Position numbers and translations under genes: made by a program
Notes under the pieces: generated by a model
Seen by the model: the letters and a program-made list of their open reading frames with translations, nothing else
Databases searched by the model: none
Told to the model about the DNA's origin: nothing
Shown here: in pieces, positions 62,102 through 64,000 of the stretch
Layout of the letters: each line of letters starts with the position of its first letter
Position numbering within the stretch: the stretch's first letter is position 1
Source of the DNA: a virus
Taxonomy: Duplodnaviria > Caudoviricetes
Direction: 5' to 3' (one strand)
DNA: 64,000 bases
IMG/VR virus record: IMGVR_UViG_3300033072_000473
Location: 1 to 64,000 of that record

Positions 62102-62130
62102 ATTATACAGAGATTAACTACTAAAAACAA
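62102..62130 (-). promoter_or_regulatory. sigma70-type promoter of the TAT tRNA
   Basis: TTGTTT-17-TATAAT. Confidence 0.7.
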
Positions 62131-62132
62131 GT

Positions 62133-62309
62133 TTAAATTTCTAGATATGAAATAAACGCATCACAGTTTGCACAGTAATCGTATATATCTTCTTCAGTAT
62201 CAAAGTCACCACCTAGAAAATTATTCATAGCCTCTAAGGGTGAACAGTCGTAGTATGCTGCTTGTTTAATTTCACCATCAAATAGTGAAAGATATGCAAT
62301 TATAATCAT
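62133..62309 (-). CDS. 58-aa acidic hypothetical protein (MIIIAYLS...); not in ORF track
   Basis: TAATG overlap with the UV-endonuclease stop. Confidence 0.55.
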   Translation of the reverse strand: MIIIAYLSLFDGEIKQAAYYDCSPLEAMNNFLGGDFDTEEDIYDYCANCDAFISYLEI

Positions 62310-63307
62310 TAAATAACTCCCTGTGCAAATTGAAAACTAGCTAAATTCTTTTCTTTAGCCTCACACATAATATCAACATATGGTAAAAACTCTTTAGCCC
62401 ACTGATTACACCAAGTATTATGATAGTAATCACTATGTGCGCGAAGTTTAGCTTTAGTTAGACCACTAGCCAATAGTTGCTTAAGATCGTATGGTTGATC
62501 TCGGTCAAGATTGCCTACATGCTCTATACGGCTAACTGCATAGTGCAGTGTGGGTCGCACACCTCGCCAAGATTCAATAACCTGCTGTACTCGTGGATCA
62601 CTAGGTTTAATATACTCACCGGTAGCAATCCAGTGATGATGAATATCAAGCACTAAAGCGCAACGGTCTTTAAGCTCTAGTGAGTGTTCAAGATGCCAAG
62701 AGAACTCAGCATTTTCAATAGTTAAACAGTTTCTAGCTTCGCGACTGAGTTTTTTAAGAACTTGCTTAATGCCTTCAGGCCCGCGCTTACCGCCAATGTG
62801 TACATTAATTTTAAAGTCTTGAAACTCTTGACCATAGCCCATCCAACGAGCAATGTCTGTATGATATTCAAACTCATAAATTGAGTTTTCTACGATTTGA
62901 TCGTTATCACTGGCAAGAACGCAGAACTGCCCAGGGTGAAATGAAAGTCGAATATCGTGTTTACGTGCTAGATCGCCGCACTCTTTAAAGCCGCGTTCTA
63001 GTAAGTTTTGCATATCTAGTTCTTGATAACACCACATATAGTCTTCATGCGTATATGCAGTAAGCAAGTCGCTAGTCATGCGAAACATACGCAAATGTTC
63101 AGGCTGCTTAGCTAAGAACAAGATTTGCTTTTTAAGTGCTTCAATATTAAACTTAGCAAGAGCGTATAATCGCTCATATGCTTTTTGTTTAGTTTGTTTA
63201 GATAGCCAAGCAATAGTAGTTGAACTAGTATTCAAGGCTTTATCTGCCGTTCCCGGACTTTGTTGAATCTTACACGCAAAACCAATTCTAGGAATTTGTT
63301 TGAACAT
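62309..63307 (-). CDS. uvsE: UV damage endonuclease (UvsE/UvdE family)
   Basis: RIGFACK, FRMTSD, RLSFHPGQF.VL, NVHIG, LTIEN, LDIHHH, LRAHSD, MCEAKEK. Confidence 0.9.
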   Translation of the reverse strand: MFKQIPRIGFACKIQQSPGTADKALNTSSTTIAWLSKQTKQKAYERLYALAKFNIEALKKQILFLAKQPEHLRMFRMTSDLLTAYTHEDYMWCYQELDMQNLLERGFKECGDLARKHDIRLSFHPGQFCVLASDNDQIVENSIYEFEYHTDIARWMGYGQEFQDFKINVHIGGKRGPEGIKQVLKKLSREARNCLTIENAEFSWHLEHSLELKDRCALVLDIHHHWIATGEYIKPSDPRVQQVIESWRGVRPTLHYAVSRIEHVGNLDRDQPYDLKQLLASGLTKAKLRAHSDYYHNTWCNQWAKEFLPYVDIMCEAKEKNLASFQFAQGVI

Positions 63308-63332
63308 TTTTATACTTTCAAATAATATAAAA

Positions 63333-63370
63333 AATTATACCCGCTTGATAACAAAGTATCAAGCGGGTAT
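63333..63370 (-). promoter_or_regulatory. Promoter overlapping a perfect 14-bp palindrome
   Basis: TTGATA-17-TATAAT overlapping atacccgcttgata-N6-tatcaagcgggtat (63337-63370). Confidence 0.65.
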
Positions 63371-63372
63371 TT

Positions 63373-63969
63373 TTATACTTCAAATTTATTATGTTTTGAA
63401 CAATTATCTTGTGCAGGTAAATATTGTAAATTAATTTCTACATGAAGCCCCGATACTAATTCTCCCTGTAGTGGGATTATATGGTCTACATGATAACCTT
63501 CGGGACAGTTTTTATATATTTCTTTTATTCTTGAAATATTAGCCCAATTTGGAGTTCTTTGTAACTTGCTACACTTATAAGTAGCTGTACGTTCTGTTTG
63601 TGTCTTTTTAGTTGTAGTATAATGACAGGTTTTACACATTGTTTGTAGCCCGTCTTTCCTACTAGCGTTTTTTCTAAAATTATCTATACTATGTACTTTA
63701 TTGCAGTGACTACAGTATTTTAGTTCAAATAAAGGCAGTATATACGAATGTATTTTTGTAGCAGACTTTGTTCTATTAGGAAATAGTTCTGATAGAAACT
63801 TTGAAATAGTTTTAGCATCTTTATTTAAAAGATATGCTAAGTTATAATTTTTAAACTTAGAAAAAGTATCTATTACTAATTCCGGGCATAAGTTATAGTT
63901 TTTACATATAGTAAAATACTGAGGTTGTAGCACTAGTATGCAATTAAGCAAAATTTCTTTATCTGTCAT
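63373..63969 (-). CDS. Free-standing HNH endonuclease, second copy
   Basis: CSHC, CKTC; HVDHIIPLQGELVSGLHVEINLQYL..N.SK.N; same family as 59345-60061. Confidence 0.88.
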   Translation of the reverse strand: MTDKEILLNCILVLQPQYFTICKNYNLCPELVIDTFSKFKNYNLAYLLNKDAKTISKFLSELFPNRTKSATKIHSYILPLFELKYCSHCNKVHSIDNFRKNASRKDGLQTMCKTCHYTTTKKTQTERTATYKCSKLQRTPNWANISRIKEIYKNCPEGYHVDHIIPLQGELVSGLHVEINLQYLPAQDNCSKHNKFEV

Positions 63970-64000
63970 AATAAATGTATTATAGCAGCTGACTCAGAAA

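Noticed and set aside
62091-62110. LexA box (ctgt...acag)
   Set aside because: Spacing is 12 nt rather than 8.
63307-63386. Short direct repeat (tttttatact(t)tcaaat) flanking the palindrome as an insertion scar
   Set aside because: AT-rich and imperfect; cannot be told from chance without a relative lacking the HNH gene.

Overview
This is a 64-kb segment of an AT-rich, lytic, T5-like siphophage genome made of two convergent blocks. The plus strand (1-28.3 kb) carries a virion/lysis module: a 5'-truncated Ser-Gly-X-repeat adhesin, three glycosyltransferase genes, T5-like neck and tail-tube genes, a frameshifted chaperone pair, the tape measure protein, a lambda-type M-L-K-I-I-J tail tip (J has a Hint domain), an S74-capped fibre, holins and a GH108 endolysin. 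The minus strand (28.3-64 kb) carries a T5-like replication/nucleotide module (NrdJ, dUTPase, D15-D10-like genes, family A polymerase, primase, helicase, split NAD ligase, PhoH, ThyX-like, Hsp20), followed by an RNA-rich accessory region (51.9-62.1 kb) with 23 tRNA genes. The strongest candidate for an undescribed system is a Ro60/TROVE-like protein gene (54634-56049) surrounded by five copies of one RNA motif, a 6-7-bp stem followed by N-T-W-C-M-G-C-A-W. One copy carries a circularly permuted tRNA mimic (YrlA-like). One displays a Ser anticodon loop. One abuts the TROVE gene's own Shine-Dalgarno. One is inserted, in permuted form, between the D arm and anticodon arm of an otherwise intact tRNA-Thr, giving an apparent tRNA/Y-RNA chimera. 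The same region holds a permuted two-piece tmRNA (tag ANDNTFALAA) with a tRNA-shaped spacer, a group I intron in tRNA-Leu(UAA) next to a free-standing HNH gene, a ~730-nt ornate ncRNA candidate and several smaller structured RNAs. All family assignments come from motifs read by eye and gene order; no database search or folding program was run, and coordinates were counted by hand.
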